A DNA stretch of 64,000 nucleotides from an uncultured Alphaproteobacteria bacterium (GTDB lineage: Bacteria; Pseudomonadota; Alphaproteobacteria; Puniceispirillales; Marisalimonadaceae), in the NCBI GenBank assembly GCA_937142855.1, contig CAKZQZ010000031.1, forward strand, positions 2,201-66,200, given 5' to 3'. The notes below the pieces were generated by a model. That model had not been told where the DNA came from and ran no database searches. It was given only the letters and a program-made list of their open reading frames with translations. Positions within the stretch are counted from its first letter, which is position 1; each line of letters begins with the position of its first letter. This document shows positions 48,539 to 57,771 of this stretch, piece by piece. The translations under genes and the position numbers were made by a program.

Positions 48539-48900
48539 ATAAAATTACGATTGCTAATCGTGACAATAATTTTTTTAAAGTTAAAGGATCAAAACCTTTA
48601 CTCCATGAATTACGTGCCCAAGGACTTGATCTACCATACGGTTGTCAGTATGGTGGTTGCATAACGTGTGCTGCCAAACTTATAAAAGGTGAAGTTGACC
48701 AACGATCTCAAGTTGCTCTTAATAATAGACAAATAAATGACGGTTATGTAATTTTATGTGTGGCTCGCGCTAAAACTGATTGCACTTTCGAAATTGGCGT
48801 TGAAAGTCATGACAAGCTCTATCGTAATCCCTTTATAGACCCCCTTGCTTCTCATGAATTAAAAGCCAATATCGCAACCAAGAAGGATGTTAAGTCATGA
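48535..48900 (+). CDS. Plant-type [2Fe-2S] ferredoxin with C-terminal extension
   Basis: LPYGCQYGGCITC (CX4CX2C) and ILCVAR. ATG 48535 overlaps the SBP56 TGA (ATGA). Confidence 0.88.
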   Translation: MNKITIANRDNNFFKVKGSKPLLHELRAQGLDLPYGCQYGGCITCAAKLIKGEVDQRSQVALNNRQINDGYVILCVARAKTDCTFEIGVESHDKLYRNPFIDPLASHELKANIATKKDVKS

Positions 48901-49355
48901 ACTTTATGAATCATAATGAAGCTTACGATGATGATTATTTACAAGACATCCTTAGCTCAGTTAAAACTATTGCGATGGTTGGAGCTAGCCCAGATAAAAC
49001 AAAATTTAGTTATGGGGTACTCCGCGTTTTAAGTGAAACTGGTTATGATATGATACCAGTCAACCCAAAACCAAACCTTCATGAAATCAGGAATCTAAAA
49101 GTTTATCCAAATCTAAAGGCTATTGATAGACCTGTCGATATGGTTGAAGTTTTTCGAAAATCTGAGGATTTATATAACGTTACTGAAGATGCTATAGCTA
49201 TCAACGCTAAAGTTATATGGGCACAAATTGGTGTTATTGACCATAATGCTGCAAAGCTTGCAGAGAAAGCTGGTTTAAAGGTAGTTATGAACCGATGTCC
49301 AAAAATTGAACTCTTTCGACCTTTTTGGAAACCTCGACTTGATCTTAAAATCTAA
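48897..49355 (+). CDS. CoA-binding protein (YccU family)
   Basis: TIAMVGASP, MIPVNP, DMVEVFRKS, WAQIGV, MNRCPKIE; ATGA overlap with the ferredoxin stop. Confidence 0.88.
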   Translation: MNFMNHNEAYDDDYLQDILSSVKTIAMVGASPDKTKFSYGVLRVLSETGYDMIPVNPKPNLHEIRNLKVYPNLKAIDRPVDMVEVFRKSEDLYNVTEDAIAINAKVIWAQIGVIDHNAAKLAEKAGLKVVMNRCPKIELFRPFWKPRLDLKI

Positions 49356-49360
49356 ATTTT

Positions 49361-50140
49361 TTATTCATTCCAATTCGGATGTCTTTTATCTAAAAATGCA
49401 CTAATACCCTCATGAGCATCTATCTCCATCATATTAGCAGTCATTACTTCAGAGGTATAATTATAGGCCTCATTGATTGGCATTTCAACCTGCCTGTAAA
49501 AAGCTTCCTTGCCAATTTTTACTGTAGAAACTGGCTTAGATGCTATTAATTTTGCTAGTTGCATTGTCTTATTATGCAGTTGCTCTAGAGGGACAGAATG
49601 ATTTATTAAGCCATATTGAACTGCATCATCAGCATTAAGTTTTTCACCAGTCAAAAGCATTTCCATTATTTTCTTTCTACTAATATTTCTAGAAACAGCA
49701 ACCATAGGCGTTGAACAAAAAAGACCTATATTAACACCTGGTGTCATAAAAGAAGATTGTTCTGATGCTACCGCTAGATCACAGCTAGCAACTAACTGAC
49801 AACCTGCTGCTGCTGCAATTCCAGATACTTCTGCTATAACTGGTTGCGACAAGGTCATTATAGTTTGCATTAAATTTGAACATTCATTAAATAATGTTTT
49901 AAAAAAGTCTTTGTTTTTTTTATTCTGTCTTAATTCTTCTAGATCATGACCTGCTGAAAAACCTGGGCCCTCAGAAGAAATAATTAATACCCTCACTTTA
50001 TCTATTGATGATATTTGTTTTAAAGATTTTATTAGAGCTCTTATTAACTCTAGTGATAATGGATTGTACTTTTTTCCATTTGTTAGCTCAATTCTGACTA
50101 TATGATCCGTTTCATTGATTATAGTAAAAAGATTGTGCAT
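49361..50140 (-). CDS. Enoyl-CoA hydratase (crotonase family)
   Basis: FSAGHDL, AAAGCQLVASCDLA, TPGVNIGLFCSTP, EGISAFL.KR.P.W. Confidence 0.88.
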   Translation of the reverse strand: MHNLFTIINETDHIVRIELTNGKKYNPLSLELIRALIKSLKQISSIDKVRVLIISSEGPGFSAGHDLEELRQNKKNKDFFKTLFNECSNLMQTIMTLSQPVIAEVSGIAAAAGCQLVASCDLAVASEQSSFMTPGVNIGLFCSTPMVAVSRNISRKKIMEMLLTGEKLNADDAVQYGLINHSVPLEQLHNKTMQLAKLIASKPVSTVKIGKEAFYRQVEMPINEAYNYTSEVMTANMMEIDAHEGISAFLDKRHPNWNE

Positions 50141-50270
50141 CTATTTTTCTCATATTAATATAATATGTATATAAGAAACATTTTTTAAATTTTGGTCAAT
50201 AAATAATCTTAATTGATTATTTAGCTCATATTTTAAAGATTAGTTCATGTAATGGAAAAAATAAAATTTG

Positions 50271-51449
50271 ATGCAAAAATTTAATTTTAAAGTATTAATT
50301 TTAATTGTAACTGGAGCTGCTGCATTAGCTTTGGCAGTTGGAATTGGAAGATTTGCTTACACTCCTATTCTACCTTACATGTTAGAAGAATTAAATATGA
50401 GCAAGACTATTGGGGGTCTAATTGCCTCGTGGAATTTCTTTGGTTATTTGTGTGGTTCATTATTATCAATCCTTTCAATTTTTAAAAAAAGAGTAAAGTT
50501 AGTTTTCTTTATCTCTATTGTTGTTTCCTTAATAACGACACTACTTATGGGCTTACATGACAATATAAATTTTTTTATAATAGTTCGTTTCTTAAGTGGT
50601 CTATCCAGCGCTTTTGTTTTAATTTTTGGCACATCATTAATACTTCCTTCAATACAGGCTTTTGGGAAAAAATCTTTAAGTACTGCACATTTTATGGGCG
50701 TTGGGTTTGGAATTGTTTTATCCTCAATTATAGTATCTATTCTAGGTATCCTTGGTTATGAGTGGAACGAGCTATGGATAGGCGTAACAATTTTATCAAT
50801 AATTTTAGCTATCCCTATTTTTGTTTTTACACCTGATGAATCAATTATAAGTACAACTAATAAAACCTCTAGTCTTCATAGTAATTTTGGGTTTAGTTTA
50901 ATAACCTTATCTTATGGGTTATATGGTTTTGGTTATGTTGTTCTGGGAACTTTTATTTCAGCTATGGCTAGGGAAACTGCTGGTTTGGAAACAACTGAAA
51001 TATACGTTTGGTTGTTAGTTGGATTAACAGGGATACCAATGGTTATTTTTTGGCCTTGGTTTGGTAAAAAAATAGGTAATGATTTAGCTCTTTTTTTAGC
51101 TTGTGCTATAATGGGATTAGGGATTTTAATGCCCGTAATATTGGAAAATAAATTTGGTATTACTCTAGCATCTATTCTTCTTGGTTCAACTTTTATACCA
51201 ATAACTGCATTAGCTCTTTTAGAGGGCCAATCCAGATATAAAGGATCTATAAGAGTTTCTACAGCAATATTAACTTCTGCTTTTAGTTTAGGCCAAATGG
51301 TTGGCCCTTACTTTGGTGGAGTGATGATAGATTTATTTTCATCTTATAAGATTGCTTTATTGATATCATCAATCTCGCTTTTAGTTGCTTCACTATTAAT
51401 GATAAATCCTATAAGGGTATTTCCAAAAAAATTTACAAATACTCCTTAA
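50271..51449 (+). CDS. MFS transporter, YbfB/YjiJ family
   Basis: AVGIGRFAYTPILPYM, GVGFGI, YGLYGFGY, GQMVGP; twelve TM pattern. Confidence 0.85.
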   Translation: MQKFNFKVLILIVTGAAALALAVGIGRFAYTPILPYMLEELNMSKTIGGLIASWNFFGYLCGSLLSILSIFKKRVKLVFFISIVVSLITTLLMGLHDNINFFIIVRFLSGLSSAFVLIFGTSLILPSIQAFGKKSLSTAHFMGVGFGIVLSSIIVSILGILGYEWNELWIGVTILSIILAIPIFVFTPDESIISTTNKTSSLHSNFGFSLITLSYGLYGFGYVVLGTFISAMARETAGLETTEIYVWLLVGLTGIPMVIFWPWFGKKIGNDLALFLACAIMGLGILMPVILENKFGITLASILLGSTFIPITALALLEGQSRYKGSIRVSTAILTSAFSLGQMVGPYFGGVMIDLFSSYKIALLISSISLLVASLLMINPIRVFPKKFTNTP

Positions 51450-52473
51450 AAATCTCTTTTCCTAAGTTAGCAACTATTTCAGCTTGCTCACCAACCTCGT
51501 AAGCGTTTTCTCCAGCATTATTACCATCAATGACTCTTTTTGCTATACCCTGCAGTATCCCTGCAAACCTAAAGCTGTTAAATGCTAATAAATATTTCCA
51601 ATATTTAGGCTTATCAAAACCAGTAATATTTAAATAACTCTCTAACATTTCTTCTTCTTCGGGAATACCTGAATTTTTATGAATATTTCTATATTGACCC
51701 AATCCTCCTATAGGCCAGTTTGTCTCAAACCTAAGCATCAAAGCCCAATAAGATAAATCTATGAATGGAGGAGATAACGTAGATAATTCCCAATCTAATA
51801 AGCCAAGTACTTTCATAGAATTATTTTCATTTTTTAACATCATATTATCAAGACGAAAGTCACCGTGTAACAGACAAGGCGACAAGTCATCTATTTCTTT
51901 TGGTATATATTTAGGTATATTTTCAATCAAGAATTCCATACTTTCTATATTTTTTGTTTGTGACGCTCTGTATTGTTTTATCCATAAGCTAATTTGTCTT
52001 TCAAGATAGCCTTTAGGTCTTCCAAACTTTTCTAGACCAAGCTCTTCTAAATCAACTGACGCTAGCTCAGCTAAAATTTCTATTTTATGTCTATAGATTT
52101 GCTTTCTCTGCTTAGATGAGTAATGAGGAAGTATAGGATCAAATTCATGGGAACCATCTAAAAATTCCATTATATAAAACTCACTACCAAATACATTAAC
52201 ATCATTACAGTATCCATACATCTTGGGAACGGGTAACTTAGATCCTATAAGAGCAGACATAACCTTGTATTCTCTGTCAATACGATGTGCACCTGGTAAG
52301 AGATTTCCTAATGGTTTCGACCTTAGTACAAAATTTTTAAAATTTGCCTTCAAAAGATATGTTGGATTTGATTGACCTATCTCAAATTTTTTAATGGATA
52401 CAATATCTTCTTCTAAAGAAGTTTTTTCTCTAATCCATAAATTTAAATTATTAATTTTGTTTTTTACTGACAT
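51433..52473 (-). CDS. Aminoglycoside phosphotransferase-family kinase (LvaA / ACAD10-11 kinase-like)
   Basis: GQSNPTY, LRSKP.G.LLPGAHRIDREYKVM, LLHGDFRLDN, LDWELSTL. Confidence 0.88.
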   Translation of the reverse strand: MSVKNKINNLNLWIREKTSLEEDIVSIKKFEIGQSNPTYLLKANFKNFVLRSKPLGNLLPGAHRIDREYKVMSALIGSKLPVPKMYGYCNDVNVFGSEFYIMEFLDGSHEFDPILPHYSSKQRKQIYRHKIEILAELASVDLEELGLEKFGRPKGYLERQISLWIKQYRASQTKNIESMEFLIENIPKYIPKEIDDLSPCLLHGDFRLDNMMLKNENNSMKVLGLLDWELSTLSPPFIDLSYWALMLRFETNWPIGGLGQYRNIHKNSGIPEEEEMLESYLNITGFDKPKYWKYLLAFNSFRFAGILQGIAKRVIDGNNAGENAYEVGEQAEIVANLGKEIFKEYL

Positions 52474-52540
52474 ATCTATACGACTTAATTAATCTATTTT
52501 TATATCATTACTAATTATTTATCTTATTGGGTGTTATATC

Positions 52541-53275
52541 ATGAATTATCAATCTAACACTGTTTTAATTACAGGTGCAAGCCGTGGCCTTGGAGCTAAT
52601 TTTTCTAAAGTTTTAGCTGCTGAAGGCTTTAAAATTATAGGGGTTGGACGAAATAAAAAAAACCTTAAATCTGTTATATCAAACCTACCAAACCAAAATC
52701 TTGAACATGAGTTTTTAGAAATTGATATTACTAATGAACAAGAAGTTTTTGAAAAACTATCTGGTTTAAATATTTATGGTTTAGTTAATAATGCAGGTAT
52801 TGCTAATACTAAGCTTTTGCATGAAGAAACATACTCAAATTTATCTAAAATATTTAATACAAACCTCCTGGGGTCAATGAACGTATCGAATGCTATTATT
52901 CCAAATATGATAAAAAACAAGAGTGGTAAAATCATTAATATTGCATCAACCTTGGGATATAGGCCATTGTCATATGTAGGTGCTTATTCTGCAACTAAAG
53001 CAGCGTTAATTCAAGTCACTAAATCTCAATCAATTGAGTTAGCTCGTTTCAATATATGTGTAAATGCTTTAGCACCAGGTTATATTTTAACTGATATTAA
53101 CAAAGAGCAACTAGAAGGAGATGCTGGTGTTTTACTTAAAAAGAAAATACCTTTAAAAAGGTTTGCAACTGCTGAAGAGCTTGATGTCATAATTTCAATG
53201 TTATTAAATCGTCATAACACTTATATGACAGGAGCAGTCATTGCAGTAGATGGTGGTCTTAGTGCTGGGCTATAA
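52541..53275 (+). CDS. Short-chain dehydrogenase/reductase
   Basis: TGASRGLG, NNAG, YSATK, NALAPG, VDGG. Confidence 0.88.
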   Translation: MNYQSNTVLITGASRGLGANFSKVLAAEGFKIIGVGRNKKNLKSVISNLPNQNLEHEFLEIDITNEQEVFEKLSGLNIYGLVNNAGIANTKLLHEETYSNLSKIFNTNLLGSMNVSNAIIPNMIKNKSGKIINIASTLGYRPLSYVGAYSATKAALIQVTKSQSIELARFNICVNALAPGYILTDINKEQLEGDAGVLLKKKIPLKRFATAEELDVIISMLLNRHNTYMTGAVIAVDGGLSAGL

Positions 53276-53292
53276 TTTTTTAGGAGACTTTT

Positions 53293-54492
53293 ATGGATTT
53301 TAAACTTCCCAACAATGTTGAACAACTAAGAGTAAAAACAAGAAAATTTGTTGATGATAATATTATTCCACTTGAATCAGAACCTTCTTCTTATGACGAT
53401 CACGAAAACATTAATGAAAGTTTATTAGAAGAAATCCGCCAAGAAGTAAAAAAGGAAGGACTTTGGTCTCCTCAAATGCCTGTTTCCAGATCTGGTCTTG
53501 GCTTTGGTCCTATTGGAATGTCCGCTCTATATGAAGAAATGAATAGATCTATTTTTGGTCCAGTTTGTTTTAATTGTGCTGCTCCTGATGATGGCAACAT
53601 GTATATTTTAAACAGAATAGGAAGAGAAGATCAAAAAGCTAAATGGTTAGACCCAATTATTAATGGAGATGTAAGGTCATCTTTAGCAATGACTGAACCA
53701 GCTCCTGGAGGAGGATCAGACCCTTCTATGATTAAAACCGAAGCCATTTACAACAACGGAAAGTGGATTATAAATGGTCTCAAATGGTATATTACTGGTG
53801 CAGCCGTTGCATCTCATTTTATACTTTTAGCAAAGACTAAAGATGGGCTAACCGCCTTTCTATATCATAAAGATCAGCCAGGTTGGAATATTAAAAGACG
53901 CATTCCTATCATGGGACCTGAGGAGCATGGTGGACATTGTGAGTTAGAATATAGTGGATTAGAGGTACCAGATGAAAACCGTCTAGGTGAAGTGGGTCAA
54001 GGACTTAAAATCGTCCAAATTAGACTAGGGCTTGCCCGCCTCACACATTGCATGCGCTGGATTGGCCTTTCAAGAAGAAGCTTGGAGATTGCGTTAGATT
54101 ATGTTTCACATAGAGAAGGCTTTGGAGTTAAATTAGCTGACAGAGAATCTGTTCAAATTAAACTAGGTAATGCTGCCATGGATATTGATATTGCAAGATT
54201 ACTGGTAATGAGAGCTGCATGGAAAATTGAAAATGGTAGTAAATCTAGACAAGATGTATCTATGGCTAAAATACATGTTGCTGACACTCTTAATAATGTT
54301 TGCGACACCGCAATTCAATTAAATGGGGCTAAGGGATATAGCAAGGATACTATTCTTGAGTGGATTTACCGTTATGCTCGTCAAGCAAAATTAGTAGATG
54401 GTGCTTCCGAGGTTCATCAAATGATTATCAATAGATTCTTTAATAATTATAAATCTGATTTTTGGCACTGGGGTGTTGGCCATGATATGTGA
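53293..54492 (+). CDS. Acyl-CoA dehydrogenase, LvaC/ACAD10-11 family
   Basis: NCAAPDDGN, AMTEPAPGGGSDP, RLGLARLTHCMRWIG, VDGASEVH. Confidence 0.85.
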   Translation: MDFKLPNNVEQLRVKTRKFVDDNIIPLESEPSSYDDHENINESLLEEIRQEVKKEGLWSPQMPVSRSGLGFGPIGMSALYEEMNRSIFGPVCFNCAAPDDGNMYILNRIGREDQKAKWLDPIINGDVRSSLAMTEPAPGGGSDPSMIKTEAIYNNGKWIINGLKWYITGAAVASHFILLAKTKDGLTAFLYHKDQPGWNIKRRIPIMGPEEHGGHCELEYSGLEVPDENRLGEVGQGLKIVQIRLGLARLTHCMRWIGLSRRSLEIALDYVSHREGFGVKLADRESVQIKLGNAAMDIDIARLLVMRAAWKIENGSKSRQDVSMAKIHVADTLNNVCDTAIQLNGAKGYSKDTILEWIYRYARQAKLVDGASEVHQMIINRFFNNYKSDFWHWGVGHDM

Positions 54493-54493
54493 T

Positions 54494-55159
54494 TTAAATA
54501 ATTTCGTCTATTTTTTCTAAGGAGTTAACGATATTTATTGGCTTTCCTGGTAACTTTTCTAGTTTTGCATTAAACCTATTCACCCATATTGTATTAAATC
54601 CATAATTAGATGCCGCATGCATATCCCATGCATTGCTTGAAAAAAACATAACGTTTTCTTTTTTAACTTTCATAATTTTTTCTACTAAATCATAAACTTT
54701 TTTGGATGGTTTATATGTTTTACACTCTTCAACCGATAATATTTGATCCAGAAGTTCTCGTATATTTGCGTTGTCTACTGCACTATTTAACATTTTCATG
54801 CTTCCATTAGATAAAATACCAGTCTTAAAACCTTTTTGTTTTAATTTTGTTAATAAGTCTTTTACCTCAGGGTAAGCCTCTAACTTTAAATAAAGTGCTA
54901 ATAGTTCCTGCTTTAACTTAATATTATCAATCTCTAAGGTTTCCATGGCATAATCTAATGCATGAGATGTAATTTGCCAAAAATCTATATATTCATCCAT
55001 TGAATTTCTCAACCATGTATATTCAACTTGCCTTAATCTCCAAAGAGACGCCAAACTTTCCCATTTATGTCCCACTTCTTTAGATAACTCTCTACATGCG
55101 GCATTAACATCAAATAAAGTACCATATGCATCAAATATGCATGCCTTAATCTGTTCCAT
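54494..55159 (-). CDS. Haloacid dehalogenase type II (HAD superfamily)
   Basis: FDAYGTLFDV, WRLRQVEYTW, LSNG, YKPS, SSNAWD, WVNR. Confidence 0.88.
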   Translation of the reverse strand: MEQIKACIFDAYGTLFDVNAACRELSKEVGHKWESLASLWRLRQVEYTWLRNSMDEYIDFWQITSHALDYAMETLEIDNIKLKQELLALYLKLEAYPEVKDLLTKLKQKGFKTGILSNGSMKMLNSAVDNANIRELLDQILSVEECKTYKPSKKVYDLVEKIMKVKKENVMFFSSNAWDMHAASNYGFNTIWVNRFNAKLEKLPGKPINIVNSLEKIDEII

Positions 55160-55163
55160 ATGA

Positions 55164-55961
55164 CTATTTCCTTTCGCTTAAGAACTCGTAAAATCCACCT
55201 TTGTTTTTTTCAAACCAATTGGTATATTTTTTATTATTTATTCGCCTTAATGCAAAGACTCTTGCTACTTTATAATTTCCAATTTTCAATGAATAAATTT
55301 GATATTGTCTATACGCTATATCGATCTTATGAGAAAAACCACCTTCTTTTGTAACAGACTTATCCTGTAAGTTTAATTTATAGAATGCCTCAGTCACCAT
55401 TTTTACTTTTTTATTATTTTTGTTTATCAAATTTGCGGTGTTGTAAACATCTTGACTTCTTTTATTCCAAAATTCACCTTGTTTTTCTCTTTTTACAAAT
55501 GGATGGAAACTGCATGGTACTTCACCTATATCAGTTATATTTATATAGTCTTTATCGCATCCTCTAAATTCATCTACTAACTCCTCGTTTCTATAAATTC
55601 TAGTTGGTGCAAATGCCAAATCATACTTTTTTACCAAATTATACATATCTTCAAGATAGTTTTGTGACCACTCATCATCTGCATCTAAAAAACCTATATA
55701 CTTACCTCTTGCTTTTTTAATACCTATATTTCTTGCATTACCTGGACCTGTTTTTATTCCTTTCGTTTTTAAAACTTTAACTTGTATTCCACTTTTCATC
55801 TTTGGAATTATATTTTCATAATTCTTGCCATCATCTATGATAATTATCACCTCTATAGATAAATCAGATTTAAATATTTGATTATTAATGGAGCTCAAAC
55901 AGCTGACCAAAGTTTTCTTTGCGTTATACACTGGCACTATAATAGAAAGATTTATTTTCAT
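55164..55961 (-). CDS. Glycosyltransferase family 2
   Basis: SIIVPVYNA, IIDDG, GPGNARNIGI, GFLDADD. Confidence 0.82.
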   Translation of the reverse strand: MKINLSIIVPVYNAKKTLVSCLSSINNQIFKSDLSIEVIIIIDDGKNYENIIPKMKSGIQVKVLKTKGIKTGPGNARNIGIKKARGKYIGFLDADDEWSQNYLEDMYNLVKKYDLAFAPTRIYRNEELVDEFRGCDKDYINITDIGEVPCSFHPFVKREKQGEFWNKRSQDVYNTANLINKNNKKVKMVTEAFYKLNLQDKSVTKEGGFSHKIDIAYRQYQIYSLKIGNYKVARVFALRRINNKKYTNWFEKNKGGFYEFLSERK

Positions 55962-56038
55962 TTTATTTCTTTATTTTTCCTTTATTATTATACTTACAAT
56001 TTATTTTAGCAAAACTATAATTGATAGGAATTTTCCTA

Positions 56039-56950
56039 ATGAAGCCACTTTTATTACATGCAGATTTATGGGATGACTATGCCTTAATTGATAGTGGTAA
56101 TGGTGAAAAGTTAGAACGTTTTGGTCGTTATTTTTTTTCACGACCTGAACCCCAAGCTTTTTGGGGAAAGAAATTATCTCCTAAAGTATGGAAAAATGTT
56201 TCAGGTAAGTTTCTTACTTCTTCTACAGCAGATAATGATGATGTTACAGGAAAATGGTCTTTGGATACTAACCTCCCTAATAAATGGGAATTAAAGTATG
56301 ATCATATTAGGTTTTTTGCTACACCAACACCCTTTCGTCATCTTGGTTTTTTTCCTGATCAATCACCACACTGGTTATGGGCTGCAAAAAAAATTGAGCG
56401 TTTCACACAATTACCTACCAATAATGAACCGCCTAAAATCCTAAATCTATTTGGTTATTCTGGGCTCGCTTCATTGCATGCTGCTTATAATGGTGCATCT
56501 GTTACTCATGTTGACGCAAGCAAAAAAGCTATTAATTTTGCATTTGAAAATAGAAACCTATCATCTTTACAACACCTACCTATTAAATTTATTACAGACG
56601 ATGCCATTAAGTTTGTTCAACGTGAAATACGTCGAAATAATAAGTATGATGCCGTAATTCTAGACCCACCCAAATATGGAAGAGGGCCAAATGGTGAAAA
56701 ATGGGAATTATTTAAAGATCTTCCATCTTTATTAAAATTAATCCCACAAGTTTTATCGACCAATCCTACTTTTGTTATCCTGAACAGTTATGCAATTAGA
56801 TGCAGTTATTTATCTTTGCACCATGCGCTAAAAGAAGTTATGCAAAACTTTCCTGGCCAAGTTCATTCAGGAGAACTATCTATTAAAGAGAAACAAAGTA
56901 ATCCAAGGCAAATTAGCACAGCTATTTTTGCAAGATGGGAATCATTATAG
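56039..56950 (+). CDS. Class I SAM-dependent methyltransferase (RlmI/RlmK-like, probably rRNA)
   Basis: LIDSGNGEKLERFG, RHLGFFPDQ, LNLFGYSG, VDAS, ILDPPKYGRG. Confidence 0.82.
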   Translation: MKPLLLHADLWDDYALIDSGNGEKLERFGRYFFSRPEPQAFWGKKLSPKVWKNVSGKFLTSSTADNDDVTGKWSLDTNLPNKWELKYDHIRFFATPTPFRHLGFFPDQSPHWLWAAKKIERFTQLPTNNEPPKILNLFGYSGLASLHAAYNGASVTHVDASKKAINFAFENRNLSSLQHLPIKFITDDAIKFVQREIRRNNKYDAVILDPPKYGRGPNGEKWELFKDLPSLLKLIPQVLSTNPTFVILNSYAIRCSYLSLHHALKEVMQNFPGQVHSGELSIKEKQSNPRQISTAIFARWESL

Positions 56951-56951
56951 A

Positions 56952-57761
56952 TTAATTAGGATTTTTCCTAATTGATTCATAAAGGGCAATCCCAGTTGAT
57001 ACGGCTAAGTTTAAACTATCTGATTTTCCATTCATTGGGATTTTAATCAATTGGTCACATGCACTTGTTAATTCATCCGTTAATCCCTGCTGCTCATTCC
57101 CCATAGCTAAAACAAAAGGTGATTTCCAATCTGTCTTAGTGTAATCAATTGCATTTATCAATGATGTACCAATTAGATTAATCTTATTATTTAACTTCCA
57201 CTTGATAAAATTTTTAGTTGTCGAAGCTATTATATTTACATTGAAAATAGCTCCCATGCTTGCCCTTACAGATTCATATGAGAAAGGATCGGTACATTCA
57301 TTCAACAAAATACAATCTTGAGCACCAACCCCATCCATGGTCCTCAATATTGTTCCAAGGTTTCCTGGATCTCTTACGCTCTCTAACGCAACAATATTAT
57401 TTATACCTAAAACTTGATTTAGCATTTGCCATTTTTGTTCAAAAACACCTAATACGTTTTGAGGGTTACTTTTGTGAGAGATTTTTGTTAGAATTTGAGG
57501 TGTGACGCCAATAACGTCGCCACCTAATAATACTACTTCGTTTATTAGATTTTTAATAAATAAATTATTAGTATTAGTAATATCAAATAAAAGATATTTT
57601 ATAGTCCAATTATTTTCCAACGCCTCTTTGCAAACTCTAACCCCTTCAGCCACAAATAAATTTAATTCTTTTCTATATTTACGTTGATAAAGACTATTAA
57701 TAAATTTAACTTTTTCATTAGTTAAGCTTGAAATTTCATATTTTTTTCCAGCTTTAACCAA
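56952..57761 (-). CDS. TrmH/SpoU family RNA 2'-O-methyltransferase
   Basis: FVAEG, RDPGNLGTILRT, RASMGA, MGNEQQG, IPM.G..DSLNLAV. Confidence 0.9.
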   Translation of the reverse strand: MVKAGKKYEISSLTNEKVKFINSLYQRKYRKELNLFVAEGVRVCKEALENNWTIKYLLFDITNTNNLFIKNLINEVVLLGGDVIGVTPQILTKISHKSNPQNVLGVFEQKWQMLNQVLGINNIVALESVRDPGNLGTILRTMDGVGAQDCILLNECTDPFSYESVRASMGAIFNVNIIASTTKNFIKWKLNNKINLIGTSLINAIDYTKTDWKSPFVLAMGNEQQGLTDELTSACDQLIKIPMNGKSDSLNLAVSTGIALYESIRKNPN

Positions 57762-57771
57762 ATTACATTCC

